From NCBI GenBank assembly GCA_964035545.1, contig OZ037772.1:1-64000 (forward strand): a stretch of 64,000 bases of DNA, in the 5' to 3' direction. This DNA is from Bugula neritina. Taxonomy: Eukaryota; Animalia; Bryozoa. Below the pieces are notes generated by a model. The model searched no databases. It worked only from the letters and a program-made list of their open reading frames with translations, and was not told the DNA's origin. Each line of letters opens with the position of its first letter. Positions within the stretch are counted from its first letter, which is position 1. This document shows, in pieces, positions 41,601 through 52,017 of this stretch. A program made the position numbers and the translations under genes.

Positions 41601-44308
41601 CAGCAATTAGTACAGAGGCTCTTTACAAAACAGCAGATCTGTTTCACAAGGATTTTCCAAGAGTAGCAAAACTTTTGAAGAGGTCAACATATGTAGATGA
41701 TATAGTGGACTCTTTTCCACTCAAGGATGATGCCCTGCAGGTAGCGGCAGATACCGACTCTGTACTGAAGAGATGCGGATTCAAAGTTAAAGGTTGGCTC
41801 TTCAGTGGGGATAATAACAACAGTACAGATGCTGAAAATCAATATGAAGACTACAACACCCATGTACTTGGTGTTAAATGGATGCCCCAAACAGATGTTC
41901 TCTCATTCCCGGCTAGAATAAATTTTTCTGTCAAAAAGAAAGGAGCTTACACACAGCCAGATTTAACCATAGCCCAAATACCCGAATCAATTCCAGACAT
42001 ACTCACCCGAAGGATGGTATTAGAGCAGACAATGAAAATCTACGACCCACTTGGCATTCTCTCACCATTTACTTTGAAGGCAAAACTTCTGCTGAGAGAC
42101 ACATGGGAACAAAAACTTGAGTGGGATGATCAACTGCCTACAGAGATGAGCAGGAAATGGATACAAGTCTTTAGAGATATCTTCTCCCTTACTGAGCATC
42201 AATATCCTAGATGTCTGCGTCCTAAGGATGCTGTGGGATTACCTATCCTAGTGATATTCTCTGACGCCAGCGCAATAGCCTATGGATTCAGTGCATATGT
42301 GCGATGGAAAAGGCAGGATGGAACATACTGGTGTGCATTGATTTTAGCTAAATGTCGTATAGCACCCATGAAACAACAACTAAAGATTCCTCAACTAGAA
42401 CTCAATGCGGCCGTATTGTCAAAGAGAGGCAGACGAGTTATCGAGACTGAAATGCGCTATAAGTTTGAGAAAGTTTATCAGCTTATAGATTCTGAAACAG
42501 TGCTCAAGATGCTCCAAAAGAAGTCAACAAGGTTTCATGTTTACGAGGGTGTACGCGTTGGAGAAATTCAGGGAGCAACCAATGGAGATATGAGCTGCTG
42601 GCACTGGGTAAGTGGCAAGGAAAACACAGCAGATTGGCTTACAAGAGGGAAGCCTGTCAATGACATTGGACCTGCGAGTGAATGGTGGAGAGGCCCAAAT
42701 TTTCTCTATCTGCCTGAGGATCAGTGGGATATAAAATCGCCATCTGACTCGAATGAGCTTGTCTTTGGAGAGAAGAAAATAGTTTACACCGTCACTGCTT
42801 CAACAGAAGTCCAATCATTTGTTAAATATGAAAATTTCAGCAGTCTCAAGAGTCTAACATGGACAATAGCTCGAGTTCGCAACATCTTCAAGTACAAAAG
42901 TTTTAAGGGAATCCGATCTGATCTCATCACCGTGGAAGATCTACGGCAGACCAAACTCTACTTACTGAAGCAGGTACAACATACTATAGATTCCGAGTTG
43001 AACAAGATTAAAGGGAAATATACAAGACTTCACCCCATCAAGACAGAGAGTGGATTATGGATAGTAGGCAGTAGACTCCTAAGGCATAACCCCATGACAG
43101 CGATTAAAACGCACATGCAATCAATCCTTCCCACCACTCACTACTTTACCTACTTGGCAATGCGGCAGGCACATACAGATAGCTATCACCGTGGCCGAGA
43201 TGCAACACTCGCAAGATTCCGAGAAGAGTTTTGGACTATGCAGGGATCTAAGGTTGCTAGGGGCATAGTAACATCATGCCAAATGTGTCGGCTCAAACAA
43301 CCTCGCTTTACTGATCAACTGATGGGAAGTCTACCTACAGAACGACTAACGACCGGACCGCCGTTCAACAATGTAATGATAGATCTTTTTGGTCCGTATA
43401 TTGTGAGAGGAGAAAAACAGACTAGAACTTCGAGCAAAGCTTATGGAGTAATATTCACAGACATCAGTTCACGAGCAGCACACATCGAAGCAGTTTTCGG
43501 ATATGACAGTGATTCTTTCCTGTTGGCATTAACTCGATTCGTCAACATTCGTGGCTGGCCATCCAAGATTTATTCTGATCCTGGAACACAGTTAGCTGGA
43601 GCAGAAAAAGAACTCAAAGATATGTGGAGACGCATGGACAAAGGTTCTATCAAGAAAACCAGTGCAGAAAATGGGTTGCAATGGGAATTTGGACCCGGTG
43701 ACAGCCCCTGGTATCAGGGCGCTGCTGAATCACTCATAAAGGCTGTCAAGAGATGTTTCACATTTTCAATGAGCAACCGCCGACTTTCACCTACAGAATT
43801 TCTTACAATCTGCACTGAAGCTGCAAACACGCTAAATGAAAGGCCATTGGGATTACTGCCAGATTCAGACTCCGAGATCAACATATTAACACCTAACTGC
43901 CAACTTATTGGACGACCCTTCATCAAGAATCCTGGCAGCTGGAATAAAGACTACTCCTTAAGGGGGCGACTGGCTCTGGTAAATACAGTCTCAGATGACT
44001 TCTGGCGGAAGTGGACCGAATTGTATGCACCCACACTGATTCATCACCAAAAGTGGCATACCCCAAGACGAAACTTTCAGGTGGGAGATGTTGTAGTTGT
44101 TATGGATCCAAATCAACTGCGTAATCAGTATAAACTAGCTCGAGTACATCAAGTATATCCGAGCAAGGATGGCGTAGTAAGGAAAGTAGCCCTTTCCTAC
44201 AAAAACTATAAGGTAGCGGGGAAACTGAGGGACTATGTAGGCTGTAAAGACACTATCATAACCCGCAGCGTGCATAGGTTGGCTTTATTAACCGAAGTGA
44301 ACCCATAA
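38636..44308 (+). CDS. BEL/Pao gag-pol polyprotein (Gag, Cys/His knuckles, aspartic protease, RT, RNase H, integrase)
   Basis: 1890 aa; FNGTRYHWPEF, CFIH/CVRC/CSVC knuckles, FFDGGSNASF, RIVFNSS, YVDD, YDPLG, FSDAS, IPQLELNAA, DLFGP, SDPG, ESLIK, FWRKW. Frame is open from 38537; first ATG at 38708. Confidence 0.96.
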   Translation: MADTIGFSDLLLELDEVILSLDYCMSKFTLMSRAQSQSMNFEHRESDPSVVRSGLAESGMSGGSPPDGASHAPTMVASSRLFPPRSHPSTHEATLAPNPGITASGSDRQVLREDHTSGEALASNPGVIASTNVRDVRSSTFSVRDLHGSPDRAAHSESLIRGATSSVVNAYDSYPNGTSQISYDSRHTGGNNFNSSIHKTHSQPKPFNGTRYHWPEFRSVWLRYATMFYDDVDRACELKKFLTGEALEMVQPIFATQPQAYERMMCRLEEVYNDPSMSVQAVFNNLQELKPVKEGDARELVKMANAVESSYSQLGEVGLLQTVTLPQVDTLANLLPTSIRRDWDRHFHSLTHEERIKPFPHLMRFLEQERQIALRRIETVNPQSSSMHKQKVKAFHAESSGPKSSSNRSTNNSKIIDSENYCFIHRSERHCLVECRNFLALSVDERYKLIKTNSLCVRCLGAHEPKRCPNFRTLCSVCDKTTHHVLLCIKSAETNTHTNCNTNKNKVKADQIKHKSNENSEASAVSTTVRVSPNHGAHNHPGNATVFAIQQAQVVGTSHTAIIFFDGGSNASFISERAAKAWGARQIDKVNLEMNTLGEHEVSETSTIYEVKLQTPKGKTFTILAYSLRKLTGAINKPLDANILGSLFPKVDTSKLLKKTGPIDLLMGNDLLGLHPRHQVDQAGPHLYVYSGPFGLCVQGSHPALSNISTLPSSSFHVQATMMHAKLDERLEPHWEFNKKIHSYLTKTKSSSLERFIQGEELGIEIQPQCGACQCGKCPVVGHTYSFKEEQELQMIRSNLEYDESNERWITAYPWIRDPSTLPNNYQAALSTLRNTERTLRKDPEWSKRYNNQIEDMVDRGVAHKLDEEELRSWNGPIYYLSHLAVQNPKSTSTPVRIVFNSSQTYKGTSLNSCLAKGPDSYLNDLLGILLRWREEPVALVADIKKMYNSIFIREIEQHTHRFLWRNMEDRKPDVYTILRVNMGDRPAAAISTEALYKTADLFHKDFPRVAKLLKRSTYVDDIVDSFPLKDDALQVAADTDSVLKRCGFKVKGWLFSGDNNNSTDAENQYEDYNTHVLGVKWMPQTDVLSFPARINFSVKKKGAYTQPDLTIAQIPESIPDILTRRMVLEQTMKIYDPLGILSPFTLKAKLLLRDTWEQKLEWDDQLPTEMSRKWIQVFRDIFSLTEHQYPRCLRPKDAVGLPILVIFSDASAIAYGFSAYVRWKRQDGTYWCALILAKCRIAPMKQQLKIPQLELNAAVLSKRGRRVIETEMRYKFEKVYQLIDSETVLKMLQKKSTRFHVYEGVRVGEIQGATNGDMSCWHWVSGKENTADWLTRGKPVNDIGPASEWWRGPNFLYLPEDQWDIKSPSDSNELVFGEKKIVYTVTASTEVQSFVKYENFSSLKSLTWTIARVRNIFKYKSFKGIRSDLITVEDLRQTKLYLLKQVQHTIDSELNKIKGKYTRLHPIKTESGLWIVGSRLLRHNPMTAIKTHMQSILPTTHYFTYLAMRQAHTDSYHRGRDATLARFREEFWTMQGSKVARGIVTSCQMCRLKQPRFTDQLMGSLPTERLTTGPPFNNVMIDLFGPYIVRGEKQTRTSSKAYGVIFTDISSRAAHIEAVFGYDSDSFLLALTRFVNIRGWPSKIYSDPGTQLAGAEKELKDMWRRMDKGSIKKTSAENGLQWEFGPGDSPWYQGAAESLIKAVKRCFTFSMSNRRLSPTEFLTICTEAANTLNERPLGLLPDSDSEINILTPNCQLIGRPFIKNPGSWNKDYSLRGRLALVNTVSDDFWRKWTELYAPTLIHHQKWHTPRRNFQVGDVVVVMDPNQLRNQYKLARVHQVYPSKDGVVRKVALSYKNYKVAGKLRDYVGCKDTIITRSVHRLALLTEVNP

Positions 44309-44537
44309 ATGACTGATCTACTTTCTTGGCCGCGTGTACGCTCGTGTCGCTGGAGAGGTTTGCATTCAACCGTTTTTCGGGGGACGGGCTGGTGCGCGGA
44401 GGGGTCAGCGGATTGGTGCAAGAATTTCATGGTCTGTGACTGATCCTATTTTGTTTTGTTTGTTTTGTTTGTTTTGATTTACATAATTTATCAATATTTG
44501 TCAGAATAGTATCTGCCAAACAATTCGACCCCACCGA

Positions 44538-44988
44538 TGTATTGGTATGCCACCCAGAAGTATTGGCAGGCAGCCAATCATTAAAGCTTTCAAGCTTCAA
44601 AAGCTTTCACCAAAGCTACTATTAGCTGGCAGAGCTAGTTCATTCACTGTACTGCATGAGTCAGTGTATCATGATCAAACCGCCATATTTACACACTTTG
44701 TATGAACAAACTATCGGTTTCGGTATTGTGATGGCTAAGATTTTTATCCACGCATCAATATTGTAAGTTTATTAGAATTACAATAGTTCATGTCAATTTT
44801 TTGGTTCTGTAATATTCATAGTGTTCCTCTGAATTTTGATTTATATTGTGACTACTTATTTATACAATTTCTAATGTTTCCCATTTTATAGGGTACGATT
44901 TGACAGTTAATAAACTCGAAAACCTGTTGCCAAGTTGGCTAGTAGTTAAAGCATATCTTGCAACCAAACACAAACACAAACCGATACA
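44538..44988 (+). repeat. BEL 3' LTR (intron copy 44763-44891)
   Basis: Direct repeat of 38062-38512 followed by the ATTAT TSD. Confidence 0.95.
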
Positions 44989-45556
44989 ATTATGATTCAT
45001 ATGTTACATTTTAAATAATATTATATTGGTCTATTTTTGTAAATCGGTTCTATATTCTATTTATGCTGTAATATTAATGCGATTCTTACATTACATTCTA
45101 TGTTATTATATTATGTATGCTGTAATACAATTCTTGTATTGCATTCTATATTATATTATGTATGTTGTAATGCAATGTCCATATAATACATTATATATCA
45201 TAATAAAATTCTACTGTATTATATAATGATTGCCCTACATCCAGCCCACACTGTATGCAACAATTGAACTATAGTCTAAGTTATAATAAGGGGGGATATA
45301 GCTGTATTATATAATATATTATCCTAGTATTTGACAGCATTGTTCTATAACGTAGTACCATAATTTAATTATAATTGTATCATTATTATAATATGATATT
45401 ATATTGCATCATTATTACAATATGACATTATATTGTATCATTATTATAATATGATATTATATTGTATCACTGGGCTACAGTGTCCAATATGTAAGAATAT
45501 TTTGTATTTTTATTGTAAATATGACATAGTACACTTCAGAATATCCACTAGAGTTG

Positions 45557-45833
45557 TATGTGCTGATAACTCCCTTATCTCCAATAGAGTTGATTGTGCT
45601 GATAACTCCCTTATCTCCAATAGAGTTGATTGTGCTGATAACTCCCTTATCTCCAATAGAGTTGATTGTGCTGATAACTCCCTTATCTCCAATAGAGTTG
45701 ATTGTGCTGATAACTCCCTTATCTCCAATAGAGTTGATTGTGCTGATAACTCCCTTATCTCCAATAGAGTTGATTGTGCTGATAACTCCCTTATCTCCAA
45801 TAGAGTTGATTGTGCTGATAACTTCTTTATCTC
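45557..45833. repeat. 36-bp minisatellite
   Basis: TGTGCTGATAACTCCCTTATCTCCAATAGAGTTGAT, about 7.7 head-to-tail copies, no spacers. Confidence 0.95.
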
Positions 45834-48003
45834 TAATAAAGTTGTACAAAAACAGCATGTTATATTGTGTTTGGATCAATTTAAAAACATGCAAATATAA
45901 ACTATTTTTATAACTTAATAAAAAGTCAGTAAATCTTTAACTTGGAGATTGTATTTTGGAATTTTCTAAAACTTCCAGGGGAGGTAACACACCATGGCTT
46001 TAAATTTTGATTAATCAGAGTTTTGTTCTACTAACTCCAATAATTATTCATTATACTGTAAGTGCAGTCTTACTGCAAATACATGCTTCTGTAATATAGT
46101 AGTTGTTTACCAAGCTATTTTCTTAAAATTCTGAAATTTATGAGCTGTCAAAATGTTTGAATTATTTAAATAATATTTAGAATTTAATAAGTATACGTAG
46201 GACTAGTTTATTACTAAAGAAGATGAGGTAATGCTGTATTACATACACCTTGTAGTTTCTTATTAATAGGAGTATGTTCATTGGGTGATGGCACAGAGTC
46301 TGATTGGATGAAGCTGCACTGCCTTTGATACAGATAGCTGGGTATTGTTGTATTATTATGGTGTGGGCTACTGCAGCTATTCATAAAACCAGTTTATTAT
46401 AATAATATGTCACTTTAAAGTCTCAATTATTATTAGATCTGAGTCAGTAAATAGCTATTGCGAGAGCTTTCACAAATAGCTTTCTTTACACAATGGTTTT
46501 TGGAAAGCCGCCAAAAAGCCACTGCAACAGCATGTGTATAAATAAGGCATATGGAGGGTGGTTTTTAACTTTAATTCATGCATATGTGTGAAAAATAATT
46601 TTAGGTTCAAGTCTTTGAGGGCCACATGAATGTAGGCTGGGGGGGGGCACATCTGGCCCTGGGGCCGCCTAGTGGACAGCCCTTACTTTAAAGTGTCAAT
46701 TATCATTAGATCTGAGTGAGAGATTACAACAGATAGAGACAGTATAATAGTATGGATCTTTGAAAGAGGTTCCTGTAGGCCTTTCAACATCCTTTAGTAA
46801 ACAGCCTCAGTTTTATGTTCACTTTATTATGATTATTAAATTAGATCAGCATCTTTAGATTTGTGTGGACAGTAGGCTATTTATTTTATGACCCTTAATA
46901 AACAGGACTATAGACACTATCTATTTTATGTTTCAGTAGAGGTGAGATGACTACTTTGAGTTAATCATAAACAGAGATGACAAGTAAATGATATTGACTG
47001 CTGTGTACTTTTAGCAACTCTTTGTGAATCACATAACATTTTAGTTTGAGTGCATAATATAGCTTGTTCTCTTAGTTTATATTAACTTGAGTGGGTAAGG
47101 GGCCTTTGTTACATGTTTGCTAGTTAAATAAATGTCATTTCTGTAGTTACTATTGCTAAATGTACCCATACAAGTTCTGATAGTTAAGTTTTTGCAATTT
47201 TACACTTGATTCTATATGATGAAATGAATCAATTAATATGTGCTTGCAACATTGAGTAACATCTCCGTATTGTATATCAGCAGTGCTTATGTTATTACAT
47301 AATTGACGAATAAAATGTTATAGCTGAAGACTTTTGACACTTGGCTATAATACGCTGATTGTTGTTGTTAGATTGATTTATATTGGAGTTTTCATTCAAA
47401 TCTTGTCAAGTGCAGAATCTAGCAACTTTATTGACTAACCTTTAATAACCTGTTCCCTCTATGAGTCAGAATTAGTAAAAAATTTAAAAAAATTTAAGCG
47501 AAACATACCTATGCCTATATTATTATAATTTGCACTTTTTATATACATAAATAATAAGGAATTTCTGTTTAGTTTGGTAGCCTCCTATTAGAGCTAGACT
47601 AATATTATTAATATGACATCATGCAAACTGGTTGCATGATCCTACTTATTGACTGTAATAAATCATAGATAGGGCACCTGACCAGCAGTGTCAAGTTTAG
47701 AGAATACTTGATATTCATATGACATGGAGTTGAGATATGACCTTGGCTTAGTTGCTAGGTAACAGCTAAATAACAGTTGGCCATGCATGTTATTAAGAGT
47801 ATAATACTATGACAGAGTGCATACTATGTAATACATAACTACAATTTAATTGCTTGAAATCTCAAATACTTCAATAGAGTGAGAAATAAAAAGTTGCTTC
47901 ATTTATAGTATTCAAGTGCCGTTTCCATGACGATTCAACCAGCTGACCATCATAACCCTTCAGTGTGTCTATAATTACTTGATAATAAAAGAGTGTTTAA
48001 TTA

Positions 48004-48746
48004 GAGTATTATATATGAGTATATGAGTATATGAGTATTATATATGAGTATTATATATGTGTATTATATATTAGTATTATATATGTGTAATATATACTAG
48101 TATTATATATGAGTATTATATATGTGTATTATATATGAGTATTATATATGAGTATTATATATGAATATCATATATGAGTATAATATATGAGTATTATATA
48201 TGAGTAGTATATATGAGTAATATATATGAGTATTATATATGAGTATTATATATGAGTATTATATATGAATATTATATATGAGTATAATATATGAGTATTA
48301 TATATGTGTATTATATATTAGTATTATATATGAGTATTATATATGTGTATTATATATGAGTATTATATATGAGTATTATATATGAATATTATATATGAGT
48401 ATAATATATGAGTATTATATATGAATAGTATATATGAGTAATATATATGAGTATTATATATGAGTATTATATATGAATATTATATATGTGTATTATATAT
48501 AAGTATTATATATGGGTATTATATATGAGTATTATATATGAGTAATATATATGAATATTATATATGTGTATTATATATAAGTATTATATATGGGTATTAT
48601 ATATGAGTATAATATATGGGTATTATATATGAGTATAATATATGAGTATTATATATGTGTATTATAAATGAGTATAATATATGAGTATTATATATGAGTA
48701 TTATATATATGAGTATTATATATGAGTATTATATATGAGTATTATA
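48004..48746. repeat. 13-bp minisatellite (GAGTATTATATAT)
   Basis: Direct reading. Confidence 0.95.
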
Positions 48747-49405
48747 GACTTCTGTTTCCATCACTTCCATTTATGCAAATGAATGGGATAATGAATTTAT
48801 GGCTTAATCGGTTTGCATGAACTTAGGCTGTGGTTTTATTTCATTGATCTACTCTTTTCAAGCTGCATCGGTGATAGAATCAGTGATAGTGATCATTGAT
48901 CTTATTATGTGGTGATTTTTTTACCTGCAAGTGATTCAATACTAAAATTTCGTGCTCTTGCAAGAATATTAATGTAATAGTAGACTAACAGTACACAACT
49001 TGCTACAACAATATATACACACATATATATAGGCTGTATGCATGCATGCTATGGCACTCTATTAAAACACCTCTGCATGGTCCTTCAATTTAAACTTGTA
49101 AATTTATACAGTATTGTATTAACACTTTATACAGTATTGTATTAACACTTTATACAGTATTGTATTAACACTTTATACAGTATTGTATTAACTATCGATC
49201 AAAACAGTTCCCATTTCACAACAGGAAGTTTCCCCAAGAGTGATCACAGTTGCAATTATTCAAAATTTGAAATTGACGCAAAAAATCTTATTTCACAGAC
49301 TTTTAGCCAAAAGTTCAAAGGTCAAACCCTCAAGACCTATGGAATACCACCAGAAAGGAATCGGTGAGCTTTAAGGGAGCACTGTAGTAAATATAATACT
49401 ATCAA

Positions 49406-49944
49406 CTGTTAGGTGAGATACACTGTTAGGTGAGATATACTGTTAGGTGAGACATACTGTTAGGTGGGATATACTGTTAGGTGAGATATACTGTTAGGTG
49501 AGATACACTGTTAGGTGAGACATACTGTTAGGTGAGATACACTGTTAGGTGAGATATACTTTTAGGTGGGATATACTGTTAGCTGGGATATATTGTTAGG
49601 TGGGATATACTGTTAGGTGGGATATACTGTTAGGTGAGATATATTGTTAGGTGGGATATACTGTTAGGTGGGATATACTGTTAGGTGAGATATACTGTTA
49701 GGTGGGATATACTGTTAGGTGAGATATACTGTTAGGTGAGATATACTGTTAGGTGAGATATACTGTTAGGTGAGATATACTGTTAGGTGGGATATACTGC
49801 TAGGTGAGATATACTGTTAGATGGGATATACTGTTAGGTGAGATATACTGTTAGGTGGGATATACTGCTAGGTGGGATATACTGTTAGGTGAGATATACT
49901 GTTAGGTGGGATATACTGCTAGGTGGGATATACTGTTAGGTGAG
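49406..49944. repeat. 17-bp minisatellite (CTGTTAGGTGRGATATA)
   Basis: About 31 copies. Confidence 0.95.
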
Positions 49945-50056
49945 TCATATGATGGAAGTTGTCTTCACCATAGCACTGAACAAAGTCAATTGGGTTATAT
50001 ATCTTGCCATTGGCAGCATTGACCTCATAGTTTCAGTTCAGTGGTCATAGGTTATA

Positions 50057-50319
50057 TGGTTTTATATTTTAGTCAATTTATTAGGTGAAAATTGGCACAG
50101 GTAAAAATGGCACAAATAGAAAGTAGGTACAATGACAAGCTGATGTTAAATTTTCCCAAACCCTAAACCCTTTCCCAAACCATAATACTGAAAATGTGCT
50201 ATTTTTACCTGCTTTGCCACCTACATGTGCGATTATTATAACCTGTGCCATTATTATTACCTGTGCCATTATTATTACTTGTGCCATTTTTAACTAAAAT
50301 TGACTAAATATAAAACCAT
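50057..50319. mobile_element. Small foldback/MULE-like MITE with TGGCACAGGTAA subrepeats; related fragment at ~51240-51431
   Basis: Outer inverted repeat TGGTTTTATATTTTAGTCAATTT / AAAATTGACTAAATATAAAACCA, inner GGCACAGGT / ACCTGTGCC repeats. Confidence 0.6.
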
Positions 50320-50928
50320 AGCAATACATTTCTAGGCTTGACGTGCACTGACACTTTTCATTGATGTTTGGGAACAGTTATATAAGCTCAGGCAAACTGC
50401 AAACACAAATTCATTGCAATCCTCCATCCTCGTAACGTGAAATCATGGGCAGACATTTTATGTTAATCAGTTCTACTGGTTGAAGATTTGAACTACTCAA
50501 AGCTGCTCATTCATTATTCAAGAGTTACACAATTAATATTCTAAGATATTCTCATTGCAAATATATTCCAGAATGTGTTTATATGCGACAGACAGCAGAT
50601 TACATTACATAACAGTAGGTTAAGTATGCATTTAGGGAGGATCAGTATAATTAATGCTGTATACCAGTATGTGTAAAGAATATTATCATGATACATCTGC
50701 TGGTATGGCAACCAAGTAGTGGATGAATTTGTTGATGATGACCTACATTCTAAAATTTCTAACAGTAGCCCTAAGAATATGAAGAAGATGTACAGTGTTT
50801 GGATAAATTTTGCTTTTTGGTTTAGATACAGCTGTTGTCACAATCCTAGTATATTGTTTAAAAATGTATTTGTAAATGTTGTTCGAGGCTTTAGCCTCCT
50901 CCCTGATTTAAATTTCTGTATCCACTTG

Positions 50929-51043
50929 ATTGGTTCAGTCAGCCAATCACAGACTACCCTCGCTTATAAAGTTGTTTAACTCGGCTGCTAATGCGCATTC
51001 GCACTGCAGACACGACTCGACAGGATTGGATACTCAAGTACGT
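50929..51043 (+). promoter_or_regulatory. Putative promoter and non-coding first exon of the EF-hand gene
   Basis: Inverted CCAAT pair (ATTGG 50929, CCAAT 50943), TATAAA 50965-50970, donor CAA|GTACGT at 51038; acceptor TTTTAG 10 nt before the ATG at 52018. Confidence 0.55.
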
Positions 51044-52017
51044 ATGCATTCTCTTTAATATTTACTGTAACAAGAGTGGATCTACTTTCATAATCATATT
51101 GATAGATACTCACTCTGTACTGTAATAGTGGCAGTTATTTTGTATTAATAAATTCTCAGCATGTGCGCTTCAATAACCCAATCATTTAATTATAATGTGT
51201 ACTTTGACAATAATATGGATATAATATTTTTGTTGTCTGGTAAAATGGGAAATTTTCAATATTTGGATTAGGGGTTTCAGATGAGGGCTTTGTTTTGGAG
51301 TTGTGATGGGGCTTTGGGATTTGAGTTTGAGGTTTGGGCAAATTCAACATCAGTGTGCCATTTTACCTACTAACTTTCATTCGTACCATTATTACCTGCA
51401 TGGGTCATTTTTACCTGTGTCACTTTTACCTAAAAATAATCAATATTTTCATCTTGGTATATAATTTGTGTTTGGAAGCTATAAGCAAGAAAATTCAAAG
51501 ACTGTAAATTAGTGAACTTTCAGTATAATTATATTTGAAATCAATTAAGATTGATTGTTATGACTTGCTATCAATAAGATTTATACTGCAGCGTTCAAGT
51601 TAGTCAACTGCTACTAGTAGTTGTTTCAAGTGCTGATATTTCTTTTTACTATTTACTTTGAAGCCAAATAAAAATATGTAATAGTGTAAATTAAAATAGC
51701 AATTTCTTGTAGTAATTTAAGACCATGAGCTAGTTCGGTGTAGAACTATACTGCATTAACAACTTTTTTATTTGAAATTAGATATTGAAAATATTTATAT
51801 TATAATCACAATGGTTACATATCTTCCCTTGGCTTATATTTCTGCTAACCAATTAGTTGCTTTCACTTTTCAATGTTGCCCCTTGCACACTAGTACTGTT
51901 ACTATTAAATGAAGTACGAACACATAATTATTATTGTTAGTTAAAGTACTGAATTCATCTCAACCCAACTTATTATATTGAAACTCAAAGTCAAATGCCG
52001 TTTTAGCTGACGAGAAA

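Larger units (their letters stand above)
38062..44988 (+). mobile_element. Intact, recently inserted BEL/Pao LTR retrotransposon
   Basis: 451-bp TG...CA LTRs (38062-38512, 44538-44988), identical by eye; 5-bp TSD ATTAT; one uninterrupted gag-pol ORF. Confidence 0.97.

Noticed and set aside
44521-44537. Minus-strand TCGGTGGGGTCGAA as a tRNA PBS of an inverted element
   Set aside because: Does not begin with TGG (no CCA complement); ORF, intron and poly(A) signal are all on the plus strand, and the other end has no minus-strand PPT.
45557-45833. 36-bp repeats resembling a CRISPR array
   Set aside because: Head-to-tail copies with no unique spacers, no cas genes, eukaryotic context.
50159-50172. 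AAACCCTAAACCC as a telomeric seed
   Set aside because: Only two units, inside a foldback MITE.
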